Assembly: GCA_031835245.2 (NCBI GenBank) | Contig: JAVKOQ020000031.1 | Location: forward strand, 1-64,000 | DNA: 64,000 nt | DNA from: Balamuthia mandrillaris | Lineage: Eukaryota | Reading direction: 5' to 3' | In this document: one piece after another, positions 30,430 through 41,386 of the stretch | Layout: the number at the start of each line of letters is the position of its first letter | Numbering within the stretch: the stretch's first letter is position 1 | Program-made: the position numbers and the translations under genes | The notes under the pieces: model-generated | Told to the model about the DNA's origin: nothing | The model's database searches: none | What the model saw: only the letters and a program-made list of their open reading frames with translations

Positions 30430-30793
30430 TTATTTGGAGTGTTCGCTTTGTTTTAGTTTTTTCTTGAGCAGCTTTTTGATGGCCTTGTGGCGAGTCAACA
30501 TGAGCAAGGTGCACTCGTCCACTATTTCCCGCGTGTTGATGTGGAGTAAGCTGCTGCACTCGAGGTAGGCCATCAACTTGTGTTCCTTTGCGAACGCTAT
30601 TGCCTTTTGTTTTGCAAGGTCAACACGAGAGGAGAAGAACAGAGAGTAGACACCAAGCAAGATAACGGGAATGTACCTGGGAAGCAGCAACGGCTTGCTG
30701 ATTATTTGGTCTTTGCTCCAGTTGGGTGCCAACTAGCACAATGGGAATATCTTTACCGAGGTGGTGACGTATTTCTGAGGCAAAGGAGATTAG

Positions 30794-30840
<47 letters not shown>

Positions 30841-33101
30841 AGAAAGAGCAAGAGAAAAGGAGGAGACTGACAGGATGAAAAGGTCGGAGAGAGTTGGGTA
30901 CCAGGAATCCATAAATTCACCAAGGCATCGAGTGTCGATTCACTTCCGAGAGAAAAACACATAACAATGACATCTGTTTTTTGATAGCTCAGAGTTCGTA
31001 TTCTGGCATATTGTTCTTGCTATACGGCCAAAGTAAACAATGAAGGTAAGAAGCAAGTAAGAATCGCCAAGAGAGCAAGAAACGAACAAAATAGAAGCAC
31101 ACAGTAATAACAACGAGAAAAACAAAATAACGGCGTACCCCAGAGGTATCCCAAAGAGATGCAAGGAAGGGAAGTTCTGGTTTAATATGAGGTGCTGCCC
31201 AATGCTGCTCAAGGTTGTCTGTTGTTGTGTTGTAAAAGCATTTGAAATAAACGAAATACAATCAGTTTGATGAAGAAAGGAGGAAGAAGAATAGAATACT
31301 CTTAATACGGACCAAACACAGTGGGCCTATAATCCAACCATTTGGTTTCTGGGTGGGCGATCATGAACAATAGGAGGGTTTTGCCCTACAATGATGGAGA
31401 AAGAGACAATGAACATAACAGAAGAAAGAATATGACGAAAGGAGACAAAAAAGAAGAATAAGATCAACACGAAGAAAGAGAAAATAGAAAAAGAAAAAGG
31501 CATACCGAACTGCCGTCGCCTACGAAGGTGACTTTCAGAGGAACACTTTGCCAGGAAGAAGCCAGCTTTTGCATCTCCTGCTCACCAAGTGACAGAAGCG
31601 CGGTGACCTCTTTCTCATACGAATGAAGCCAAGCATTCCTCCATGTTGTTGCTCCCAATTGCCCCCTGATCCATTGATAAACAGCCATGATGTTCCTCTT
31701 CTCTTCTTCTTTGTTCTCTTCTTCATCCTCGTGTCCTCCTGCTGGTCCAAACACCTTCTTGGCAAGAGCAGTACAGGTCATCTCTCCCCAAGCACATCCA
31801 TTCTCTGCTGCCCACTGCAGGATTGGCAAATGCCCTCCTTGCGCCGCCTCCATGCAAGTCTGCTCGTCCCAGGGACATCCCTTCTCTCTCAACCATTGCA
31901 ACATTCCCAACTGCCCTCCTGACGCCGCCATGCTGCAGGTGCGCTCGCTCCAACCACATCCTTGCTCTCTCGCCCATTGCAAGACCTTGAGGTGGCCTCC
32001 TTCAGCTGCTCCGTTGCATGTTCCTTCATCCCAAGAACATCCTTGCTCTCTCACCCATTGCAAGACCTTGAGGTGGCCTCCTCTGGCTGCTCCCTTGCAA
32101 GTCCCTTCGTCCCAAGGACATTCGTTGGCCCTGGCCCATTGCAACGCGTCCAACCATCCACCCTTTGCAGCAGCAGCACATGTCTCCTCGTCCCATGGAC
32201 AAGGGCCACCGTTGTCATGGTCTTGTCTCATCCATTGCAGGACTGCCACATGCCCACCCCCAGCCGCGGCATGGGAGATGCGGGCCTCCCAAGGATAGCT
32301 CTTGTCTTCCTCCTCCAGTTCCCTCGCCAGCCATTGCAACGCTTCCAGGTGGCCTCCACCAGCGGCTGCTGCCCAAACACTTGCAGAGGAGAAGAAAGAA
32401 GAGGCAGAAGGAGGAACGTCTTCTCCCTTGTTGTTCCTCAACCACAGCAACACTTGCAAATGTCCATGGCGTGCGGCTCCCTCCCAAACCTTTTCCCACT
32501 TCACCGATCGCTTGTCCGCATCCCGTTGAACGGCCCATTTCAGCAGGTTGAGATTTCCTCCTTCAGCGGCAGCTTCAAGCACAGCAGGGTATCTCCAAGG
32601 GCAGCCCTTCTTGCAGGCCCACCGCAGCACTTCCAAATGCCCTCCCCGTGCGGCCGACGTGGCGGTGCGATGATCCCAAGGGAAGCCTTTCTTCTCTCTT
32701 GCCCATTTCAGGACGGGCACGCGACCGGTCCCAGCAGCCAGGGCACAGATGCGCGTGGTTTGAGCCAACAAAGCCTCGCACCTCTCGTCCTTTTGCTTCA
32801 CCGCCCATTTGAGCAAGGAGAGGGTTGTGGGGTCGCACCAGGCCAGGAGGTCTCTGAGGCAGATCTTGTGGCGGAGTTCGGAGGGGCAGGCGGAGTACCA
32901 CTGGCGGCAGGTCTGGCTCACCACCCCGAGCAGGCCGGGGGGAAGGAAGGACGTGAAGATGTGGTACCACACTTCGTCTGGGAGTTGCCGTTGTTTCCGG
33001 CGGTTGTGCGCAGGGCCGCCTTTCTTCTTGTCTTTTTTCTTTTCCTTCCTTTCTTTCTGGCTTTTCTTCTTTCCGCTCTTTGCTATGGCTGCGTCCTTCA
33101 T
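30430..33101 (-). CDS. F-box + ankyrin-like repeats + C-terminal Rho-family GTPase fusion, multi-exon
   Basis: F-box LPDEVWYHIFTSFLPPGLLGVVSQTCRQW; many AA.GGHL.VLQWARE.GC.W repeats. Spliced C-terminus: LKVTFVGDGSS|GKTLLL..DYRPTVF|..LWDTSG|QEQYARIRTLSYQKTDVIVMCFS..NLWIP|EIRHHLGKDIPIVLVGTQLE..|..YLECSSLL. Confidence 0.88.
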
Positions 33102-33460
33102 TCTTCTTGTTTGTTTCAGCTTGTGGTGTTCGGTGTTGTTTGAGAGCGTGAACAGTCTGTGGGCTTCTTTTTAAATTGTGTTTCATTCATTTAGCTGAAT
33201 GGTAATGCATTACATACTTTCCTGAAAGGCTGATGAGCGCTCTCCTGGCCACCCCACCGTAGTTTTTCTCAAAGTTTTATCCTCGCTCATGTCTTCGAGC
33301 TCGTGGAACTATCGCAAGTGACAACAGGGATAGGAGGCATGTGTTTTTCACAGGCGAAGGTAGCGGTTCGATTGCTCAAGGCGGTGAGAGTTGGTGTTGC
33401 GAATGGTTCCTTATATTTTTTATCCTCTCTTTGTTTTCGTGTTCGTTATCTTCTTTCTCT

Positions 33461-33675
33461 CAAAGCAAACGGACAATACCAACAATACAGAAACAAATGA
33501 GGTCATCCCAAAAGACACGAAGTCATCTCCGCGTTTCTCAGCTTTTTGATGGCCTTGTGGCGCGTCAACATGAGCAAGGTGCACTCGTCCACTATTTCCC
33601 GCGTGTTGGTGTGGAATAAGCTGCTGCACTCGAGGTAGGCCATCAACTTGTGTTCCTTTGCGAACGCTATTGCCT
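33461..33675. repeat. Degenerate local duplication of 30289-30605 (3' ends of the WWE and Rho-fusion genes)
   Basis: Near-identical sequence (caaagcaaacggacaat...ggtcatcccaaa, then gctttttgatggccttgtggcg...gcgaacgctattgcct) with an internal deletion of about 100 bp. Confidence 0.9.
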
Positions 33676-33758
33676 AACAGATTTTTGTTTTGTCAGGCCT
33701 CTCTCTCTCTCTCTCTCTTCCTTTTTTTCTCTCTCCCTCTCTCTTCCTTTCTGTCTTC

Positions 33759-33804
<46 letters not shown>

Positions 33805-33991
33805 CTCCCCCTCTCTCCCTCCACTCACAGCTCTTCTCACTTCTCTCTTCTCTTCCTTTCTCTCAACTTACAGGATTAGCCAAGGACCTGGTAGTTCTCC
33901 CTCTCTGTTGTGTGCTCCTGCTCATGGATACCTCTCTTTTTGTTTCTTTTTTGTTGCAATATAATTATCATTGGGACCATGACTTAGAGTC

Positions 33992-34303
33992 GCCAATCGG
34001 GCGGTAGTTCAACTGTGAATCCAGGAATGTGGCTTCGGTTTTAAGGTTAGTTGAGGGCTGCAACCGTCAGCCTTTGCTCAGGCCGCTGGGAGTGCAAGGG
34101 AATCGGGAGAGGACGGTAAGCTATTGGGTAACAGAGCAGAGAGTGAGACCCAGCGAGAGCAGGAGAAAACAAACAGAAAGAGAGCAGATCGCGGGTTTAC
34201 ATCCTATTTCCTTGAAGACTTGCACAATGAATTAGCTCTCAGCCAATCGGGCGGTGGTTCAACTGTGAAACCAGGAATGTGGCTTTGGTTTTATGGTTTA
34301 TTA
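33992..34303 (+). repeat. Imperfect ~60 bp direct repeat (two copies 250 bp apart) containing CCAAT and GGGCGG
   Basis: gccaatcgggcggt(a/g)gttcaactgtgaa(t/a)ccaggaatgtggctt(c/t)ggtttta at ~33992 and ~34242, upstream of the 34455 gene. Confidence 0.8.
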
Positions 34304-34454
34304 GACAGTTGCACAACCACGTCGTCCGCCCACCGATATGGGTTGCTTCCCAACTATAGCGTTTCACTAAATGAATAACAAAAATAGATAGGCAACAGAA
34401 CAACCATTTTATTCAATTCGCACAAACAAAGATAACAACACTGATACAATACTC

Positions 34455-35300
34455 ATGGTGTCAAAGACATTGCTTCTCTTGGCGGTGGTGGCTGCTGCCG
34501 CCGCTCTGGTTGCTGCCCAGCAAACCACCCCGACCATCACTTTCCTCACCTTCATGCCTGGGTATGCGGTGGACTTAACCCCTATGGGCGGAGGCTACAT
34601 TGCCACACCTACCTGGGTCATCAGCCAGGTCCTCAAAGACAGAGACATCCCCTTTGACTTCCTTCAGACCTATGGAGATGACTACGATTCCGACGCCTCC
34701 ATGGCAGAGCTACTGGACGGCTACCAGGTCTTTCTCCTCAACCCACCCTATAATGCCGGGCCAATGCCTTCCAATTTTCTCCGTCCGTTCATCACATTCG
34801 TGGAGGCAGGTGGTGTGCTGGTCTGGATTGCCAATCCCCTCGCCCTCAACGGCAGCTTCGAGTGGGGCTGGGAGAGCTCCGTCAGCAACAAGGACTTTGA
34901 GAAGACTGACGAGGCAGCAACGGAAGGGCCGTTCGCCAAGGAAGGTCCCGCCACCCTCACCCGTTTGGACAACATGGAGGCGGTGAGCAACTGGGAGGGC
35001 GAGGGCGTGGTCTGCTACTACGCCGCTGGCAAGGACTGTGCCGTGCTCTCTGTCTCCATGGGGGAGGGCTTCTTGGTCTACCTTGGCGCCAACTACACCA
35101 GCAACGAAGGCGAAATCAACTTCCGCAGGGAGGAGGAGCGAGACTTGGTGACGGAGGATTGGGAGGAGGTCTTGGCCCTGGCCGTGGTGAAGTTCGCTGC
35201 TCCCGATGAGGAAGAATCAGAGTCCCAAGCTTCTGAATCCAGCGAGAGCGAAAGCTCTGCTGCGGAGACACTGCTTCCTTTCCTTTCCCTCTTTGCTTGA
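34455..35300 (+). CDS. Intronless secreted, probably GPI-anchored surface protein
   Basis: 281-aa ORF with signal peptide MVSKTLLLLAVVAAAAALVAA, an acidic Ser-rich stalk and a hydrophobic tail SSAAETLLPFLSLFA. The segment LLDGYQVFLL...FITFVEAGGVLV is suggestive of a GATase1-like alpha/beta fold. Confidence 0.8.
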   Translation: MVSKTLLLLAVVAAAAALVAAQQTTPTITFLTFMPGYAVDLTPMGGGYIATPTWVISQVLKDRDIPFDFLQTYGDDYDSDASMAELLDGYQVFLLNPPYNAGPMPSNFLRPFITFVEAGGVLVWIANPLALNGSFEWGWESSVSNKDFEKTDEAATEGPFAKEGPATLTRLDNMEAVSNWEGEGVVCYYAAGKDCAVLSVSMGEGFLVYLGANYTSNEGEINFRREEERDLVTEDWEEVLALAVVKFAAPDEEESESQASESSESESSAAETLLPFLSLFA

Positions 35301-36056
35301 ACTTCACAAAAATAAACCAGCTCTCCTTGCAGCTGCTGACCTTCTGACAACAAAAGTTGCGAGAATACATTCTTTCGGTCTGTGGTTTGCAAGTTGAAGA
35401 GCCAGAGCGAAGACAAAGAAGAAGAGAAAGCAGGGCACAAAGGAGAAGGAGAGGCAGTGCCGAACAGCGACTGGGACTATACTACTCTGGCTTGTCCGTT
35501 AGCGACAGAAACAGGTTGATGGAGGAGTGGATGAGAAGGAGAGCCATGGAGGAGCAAGAAGAAGAGAACAGCTCCGTCCCTGTTTTAGTCTCCTCCGTTC
35601 CTTCACCCCAAGCCAAAGAACGGAAAGAGCTGCGGAGGTTGCTGCGTAAGAACAGAGAAGGCAGAAGAATGCTCGAGGAGGAGGAAGGAGCGGCGAGAAA
35701 GGCAACGAGAGAACCCCGGACATCGGATTGGCCGGAAAACCCCAAAGGAGACCCAGCCTTTCTCTCTCTTCTTCCTTATGCACACACACCGTAGGGGCAA
35801 GGATCCCCTGAACCAAAACCTCGGAGCTTGCTTGGGGCTGTTGTTCTTCTCCTCTCTGACTTTTTTCTCAGAAAAAACTTCACTGAGAACAAAAGAAGCC
35901 AACAACAATAAAGCAGCGCGAAGAGCTTTGCAAAGCTTCAGCCTCATGGAAGCCAAGAAGAAGAACAAGTACGTTATTGTTTTTTTTTTGTCCATCCTTT
36001 TGTGTTAAGCTTGCTTCTTCTCCTCCACACTGACTTTTTGTTTCCTCCCGAAAAGA

Positions 36057-38273
36057 ATGAACAAGAATAGGGTGGAGTTGGAGCAGTACATTCTGTTGGA
36101 GCTGGCCACGAACGAACGGCTCCAGCGCGCCGTTGGCCTCTTCCAAGAGAGCGCCCCGCCCAGGGCGGAGAATGAAGGGCCGCTATCCAACCTGAAGGAC
36201 CATGTTCGTGTGCTAAAGGTATCAGGCGGTCACACCTGTCACTCCTTTGTTCTTGAGGTCTTTCCTTCTTGCTTCGGTCACAGCAGGAACTGCACTTCTT
36301 CGCCGGAAGCCGCTTCTCCTTCTTTTTCTGCTTCGGCTGATGCTGTTCAAGGAACAGAACCACAGCGCTTCTTCCTCAAAGTAATGATGAAAATGACCAG
36401 AGAGGTGCTCGCTCAAGAGGTTGCAGCGCAACAATTTCTCACAAGAACCTCAAACGATGCTTCTTCATCTTCTTCTTCTTGTTTGTCTCCTTCTCGACAT
36501 CAACACTCCTTCTTTGCAGAACAACCAAACGTGGATGCTTTGAAGCAAGAAGAGTATGGATTGGACTGTTTGCGTTTGGCTTCTGCTGGCCAATTCATCG
36601 TTCCAAAAGTACTTGCCAGTGGTCCCTTTCTTTCTTGGAACAACAGGGGCAAAGGCGAAAACAAAGAGGAGGAACTCGAGCAGGAAGACGGAAGGAAGGA
36701 TGCAGACGCTGCAGCGTTCATTCTTCTGGAATACGTTCCCATCCACAAAACAAACAAAAAGAAGAGCGACCGGCGACGCTTTGCAAGAACACTTGCTGCC
36801 ATGCACCAAAGCAGCACGCTTCAACTTCACTCCCCAAAGCAAGAACAGGACGAAGAGAATGAAGAAGGAATGAAAAAAGCGAAAGGCTTTGGGTTCCCTT
36901 ATGACAACTATCTCAGCGTTCAACGGCAGGAAAACCGATGGAACAAAGACTGGATAGACTTCTTTCTTCACCAGCGCTTTCGTCCACAGTTGGCTCGGCT
37001 GGCAACCCGCGAGCAGCTCTACACCCGACACTATGACTTGTTTCTCTTTGGGGAGCGTGTATTGACCCATGCAGAGCGGCTCATGTTAGGGGAGGGTCTA
37101 CTAACGCGTGATGCCTTTCTTCCTTGTTTGCTTCATGGTGACATCGGTGCGGCTGACGGCAATTGGGCCGTACAAGACAGTGGTTCTTCTTCTTCTCTAC
37201 CAGAAGAACAAGGCATTGTTCTTTTCGATCCTGCTCCTTTCTACGGGCATCACGAGTTCGAGTCTTGCTTCCTTCCTCCCACGCCAGAGAGACGAGAGTA
37301 TGAACAGCTGGTGCCACCTCTTCCTGGTGCTGAACGAAGGCGAGTACTCTACCAGTTCTATCACGCTCTCTACTGCATGAACGTGTCCAGTCACGTGCCA
37401 CGCATGATCACCAACGCCAAAGAGGCTGCTCAAAGGTTGGCCACCACTTGCTCAGATGTTCTTGGCGAACGTCTCCTCTCTTCCTTTGGTTCTTGCTTTC
37501 TCCCTTCCAGCAATAGCAAGTCGATCCCTCCGAGCCTACAAAAGTTGAAAGCGCCGCAAGATCCAATGGATGCAGAGCGCAATGTTGTTCTGTACTTACA
37601 CGGTTCCTTCTCTCCTGTGCATTATAACCATATGCTCCTGTTGCAAGCGGCTAGTGGAGGCCTGGAAGAGCATCACAACAAAGAAGTGCTCGGATGTTTC
37701 ATGGCACCCATGCGAGACTACGTCCTTCGCGGCAAGTTCAAGACGACTGGTGGCGATGGACACATTCCTCTTCATCATCGTGAAGCCATGTTGCTCCTTG
37801 CCACGTATGATGAGTACAACGAAACTTCAGCACCTCTTCATCTACATCAACATCGCATCGCGTTGGACCGTTCTCATCTGAATCGCCCCCACGACGGCCT
37901 CGCTCTGCAACGATTACTTGAGCAACAAAACGGTTGGAAATGCACCGTCATCTACGTTTGTGGCGCCGATCAGCTGCTTAACACTCAACAACGTTTGGAC
38001 AACCGTTATCAACTATGTTGCGTTCGGAGAAAGGCTCATGGCTCAGAGATGTTGAGTGAAGAGTGGATGAAGGAGAATCTCACATTGGAGCAGAGACAAA
38101 GAACCATCATCGTGGAGGAAGGCGAGTATTGTCCATTGGATCTCAGTTCAACGGAACTGAGGCGGAGATTGGCGAGAGAAGAGTATGAAAGCTTAGTGGA
38201 GCTGACGCCACCTTCAGTGGTGGCGTACTTGAGGCAGCATAACATCAAACAGTTTGTTCTTGGTGAAAAATGA
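36057..38273 (+). CDS. Fructosamine-3-kinase-like kinase fused to an NMNAT-like (HxGH) nucleotidyltransferase; probably has extra upstream exon(s) from ~35872
   Basis: Kinase half: VSGGHT..FFLKV, VPKVL, ILLEYV, LAAMH, FGFPYDNY..QENRWNKDWIDFF..RFRPQL, LLHGD, FDPAPFYGHHEFE. C-terminal half: LHGSFSPVHYNH, HHREAMLLLA, YVCGADQL, DLSSTELRRRL, TPPSVVAYLRQHNI. Confidence 0.85.
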   Translation: MNKNRVELEQYILLELATNERLQRAVGLFQESAPPRAENEGPLSNLKDHVRVLKVSGGHTCHSFVLEVFPSCFGHSRNCTSSPEAASPSFSASADAVQGTEPQRFFLKVMMKMTREVLAQEVAAQQFLTRTSNDASSSSSSCLSPSRHQHSFFAEQPNVDALKQEEYGLDCLRLASAGQFIVPKVLASGPFLSWNNRGKGENKEEELEQEDGRKDADAAAFILLEYVPIHKTNKKKSDRRRFARTLAAMHQSSTLQLHSPKQEQDEENEEGMKKAKGFGFPYDNYLSVQRQENRWNKDWIDFFLHQRFRPQLARLATREQLYTRHYDLFLFGERVLTHAERLMLGEGLLTRDAFLPCLLHGDIGAADGNWAVQDSGSSSSLPEEQGIVLFDPAPFYGHHEFESCFLPPTPERREYEQLVPPLPGAERRRVLYQFYHALYCMNVSSHVPRMITNAKEAAQRLATTCSDVLGERLLSSFGSCFLPSSNSKSIPPSLQKLKAPQDPMDAERNVVLYLHGSFSPVHYNHMLLLQAASGGLEEHHNKEVLGCFMAPMRDYVLRGKFKTTGGDGHIPLHHREAMLLLATYDEYNETSAPLHLHQHRIALDRSHLNRPHDGLALQRLLEQQNGWKCTVIYVCGADQLLNTQQRLDNRYQLCCVRRKAHGSEMLSEEWMKENLTLEQRQRTIIVEEGEYCPLDLSSTELRRRLAREEYESLVELTPPSVVAYLRQHNIKQFVLGEK

Positions 38274-38382
38274 AGAGATGGGAGACAAACGAACCAACAT
38301 ACAGTAAAAAGACAAAACCAAAAGACGTGACACAGGAGTAAATATATATACTTTATCATAAGTTTAATAGTGCTGTTTGCTC

Positions 38383-38787
38383 TCACAAGTAAAAAGCCCC
38401 CAACGAAGCAGCAGAGCTGCCGTCTTTTTCGCTGGCTACATCAGAACTGTCCTCCAATGAAGGATGGTCGCACTGGAATTCCTCCTCACCATCGCACAGG
38501 CCCTCGCACCAAGTTTTCAACACGTAAGTGATCTCGCATTCGCGGTCAATGCAAGATATCCAATCCTCCACACAGGAACAGGCTTCTTCACGTTGAGGGT
38601 CAAAGCCTTGCGAGTAATTGTAGCACCTATCGTAAAACTCATCCCTGCATTCATCGTGATTGATAGCGCAAGCAATATTGATATCAATGCCGTCATCCTC
38701 GTCCACGTAGTCCTCAAACGGCCATGCCTCAGGGATCCCTGTGGCCAGAAGACCCAAAGGCACCAGAACCAATGCGCTCTTGTTCAT
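38383..38787 (-). CDS. Small secreted Cys-rich acidic protein, possibly GPI-anchored
   Basis: 134-aa ORF with signal peptide, about 10 Cys and a C-terminal SSAASLGAFYL. Confidence 0.65.
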   Translation of the reverse strand: MNKSALVLVPLGLLATGIPEAWPFEDYVDEDDGIDINIACAINHDECRDEFYDRCYNYSQGFDPQREEACSCVEDWISCIDRECEITYVLKTWCEGLCDGEEEFQCDHPSLEDSSDVASEKDGSSAASLGAFYL

Positions 38788-39353
38788 TGTAGGTACGTAA
38801 CAGTTGTTTTTGTTTGAAGGAGTTTGATGAGAACTGTATTTGTTGGTCCGGTTGCGTGATCCTCAAAGAAAAAATACAGCCCCTTTTTTTATACCCATGA
38901 CAAACACCACTTCACAGCGCAACGAAACAGAACGGCAGATGACCCGCCGTTCGACGAACAAACACAACAAGAACAGAGGACCACGAAACAGGTCGGCCAC
39001 CAGGCGGTTGTCCTCGAGCACGAGCGGGCAGTGCAGCTAAAAATTACTGTCGACAAATAATACAAACCCAGTTTGATTTTTGATTGGTGCTGCTTCCTGA
39101 CGTCATCCACTGGATAAATTCTCTTTTATAGGAAAGCAAGGCGATTCGTTCCGAAATTTCCTGTCGACATAAATTTCGCGGAGTAACGGATTTATTGTCA
39201 AACAAGTCTTTACTTTTATTATCGTTCCTCTCTCCTCCTTCGCTCTCCCGCTCCCTCTCCCTCTCCCTCTCCCTCTCCTCCTTCGCTCTCCCTCTCCCTC
39301 GCCCTTCCTCAACGAACAACCAACAGAAGAAGAAGAAGAAGAAGAAGAATTAA

Positions 39354-40540
39354 ATGAAAGGGTTGCTGCATCGTTTGCTCCTGCTTGGAGAGCTCTTGTT
39401 CACCATAGCGTTCTTGGTTTTCGAGAAGCTCATAGGCAGCCTCTCCCGGAAGCTCCCCAAGCTCTTCCAGCGGAAAAGAACGGGAGCGGAGCGGGAGGAC
39501 CCGGAGGGCGACCTGGACGCCGACACCCCCGCCCTCATCACCTCCAAAGGATATCCAGTGGAGGAGCACTATGCCACCACTCACGACGGCTACATCCTTT
39601 GCATTCATCGGATTCCTGCGGGCCGAGCCTCTTCATCTTCATCTTCATCTTCGCCACAGGTTCGTTGTTTACAAAAAACTCTTTTTTTTCTGCTCAATAC
39701 GACATTTTTGAATGCCATTCTATCCTCATCAAAAATGTTTAATGTGATTATTTTATTATTTTGCTTCATTAGGCGCAACGGGATGGAGAGGAGGAAGGCC
39801 AGGACACCATCAAGCCTGTGGTTTTCGTGCTGCACGGCTTCATGCAGTCCTCCGAGGCCTGGGTCTGCCGCAAGAAACCGGAGGACAACCTCGCCCTCGC
39901 CCTGGCCGACCTCGGCTACGACGTCTGGCTGGGCAACGTGCGCGGCAACAAGTACTCCATGAAGCACATCAAGTACCTCCCCCAGTCGGAGCGATACTGG
40001 AACTTTTGCCTGGACCACCTGCTGCAGTACGACGTGCCGGCCATGGTGGAGTACATCCTGGCGGAGACGGGCGCGGCCAAGCTGAGCTACATTGGCTTCT
40101 CCCAGGGCAGCGCCTTGGGATTCGGGGCCTTCTCGTTGAATGCCGCACTAGCCAAGAAGATCAACTTGTTCATCGCGTTAGCTTCCACTGCTTTGTACGT
40201 TTGCTCTTGCTCTTGCTCTTGGTTTTTTGTTCTTCTTCATGTTCTTTATGTTTTGTTTCTTATCTTTGGTCTTTTTCATTTCAGAGTGAAGCCAATGGCG
40301 AATCCTGTGATCAACGCAATTGCTCACACGAGGCCAGAGCTCCTGTTTCTGATGTTTGGCAGGAAGGACTTTATGGGCTCCACTTTGGCCTGGCGCATGA
40401 TGCTTTCTCGTTCTGCTTACACACAGTTTGTTTTTGCCTCTCACCTTTTCGTCTTTGTATTTGTGTGGTGTTTTTTGCTTGTTTTTCTGTCTCTACGCTT
40501 GCTTATTCTTCTCTTCCTCTTCTTTATCTTCTCTTGTCTT

Positions 40541-40575
<35 letters not shown>

Positions 40576-41332
40576 GGTTTTTTTTTTCTATCATTTAGTA
40601 TTCGTTTTCTTGTTGGACTAATATTTGTTGTTCTTCTCTTTTACCAAATGAAGAGGAATAGAGCGAGGTAACAATCTTTTGTTCGGATGGACGAGCAACC
40701 GCATCGCCGCCCATGAAAAGAACCAAGTCTATGCACACCTCTATGCCACCACCTCCGTCAAATGCATCGGTACGTTCTCCCTTTTCTGTTTTTTGCTCTT
40801 TCATTCTATCTCGCATTCCCCTCTCACTCACTCTCTCTCTGTCTCTTCATTCCTGATAAAACAACCAACAACAGTACATTGGTTCCAAATCATTTGTACT
40901 CGTCGCTTCCAAATGTACGATGACACCCTAAACACTTCTACCTCTGACAGCTACTACCGTCATTCCGTGCCAGCCTATCCCCTCTCTCGCATCAGCTGCC
41001 CGGTGGCTTGTTTCTACGGCCTCCGCGACCGTCTCTCCGACATGGAAGCTTTGGAGAAGCATCTGCCAAAGCAAACGTTATACTTTAGGGAGAGCGACTA
41101 TGAGCATCTAGACTTCTTGTGGGCGGACAACTTGAAGACCAAAGTGACGCCTCATATAGTCGCCTTGTTGGACCAACACAACAACAATCCAAGAGCAATG
41201 AATGTATCACGAAAGGAAAGAGTGGAAGATACGATGCGATACCACGAGTTTGTGGAAGGAGGAGACGAGAGGAAGAAAGGACTCAACACTCAGAGAGAAG
41301 TTGATGAAGAAGAGGAAATCAGGGTGGAATGA
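39354..41332 (+). CDS. AB-hydrolase lipase (lysosomal acid lipase / Tgl1-like sterol esterase family), multi-exon
   Basis: GYPVEEHYATTHDGYILCIHRI, VFVLHGFMQSSEAW, GYDVWLGNVRGNKYS, YDVPAMVEYIL, nucleophile GFSQG, FYGLRD, YEHLDFLWA. Confidence 0.93.
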
Positions 41333-41386
41333 AGAAACTACAATAATAACACATACTTCAAAAAAAGAGAGAGAAGAAAGGAGAGG

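Noticed and set aside
33220..33360. CTGATGA motif suggesting a hammerhead ribozyme or C/D snoRNA
   Set aside because: I could not find a correctly placed GAAA core with stem II, or a convincing D box with terminal stem.
35519..35871. Charged ORF (MEEWMRRR...) that might join the kinase-NMNAT gene through a non-canonical GA-AG intron at ~35748
   Set aside because: No in-frame GT donor was found, and a GA donor cannot be supported without cDNA. It may be a separate small gene or UTR.
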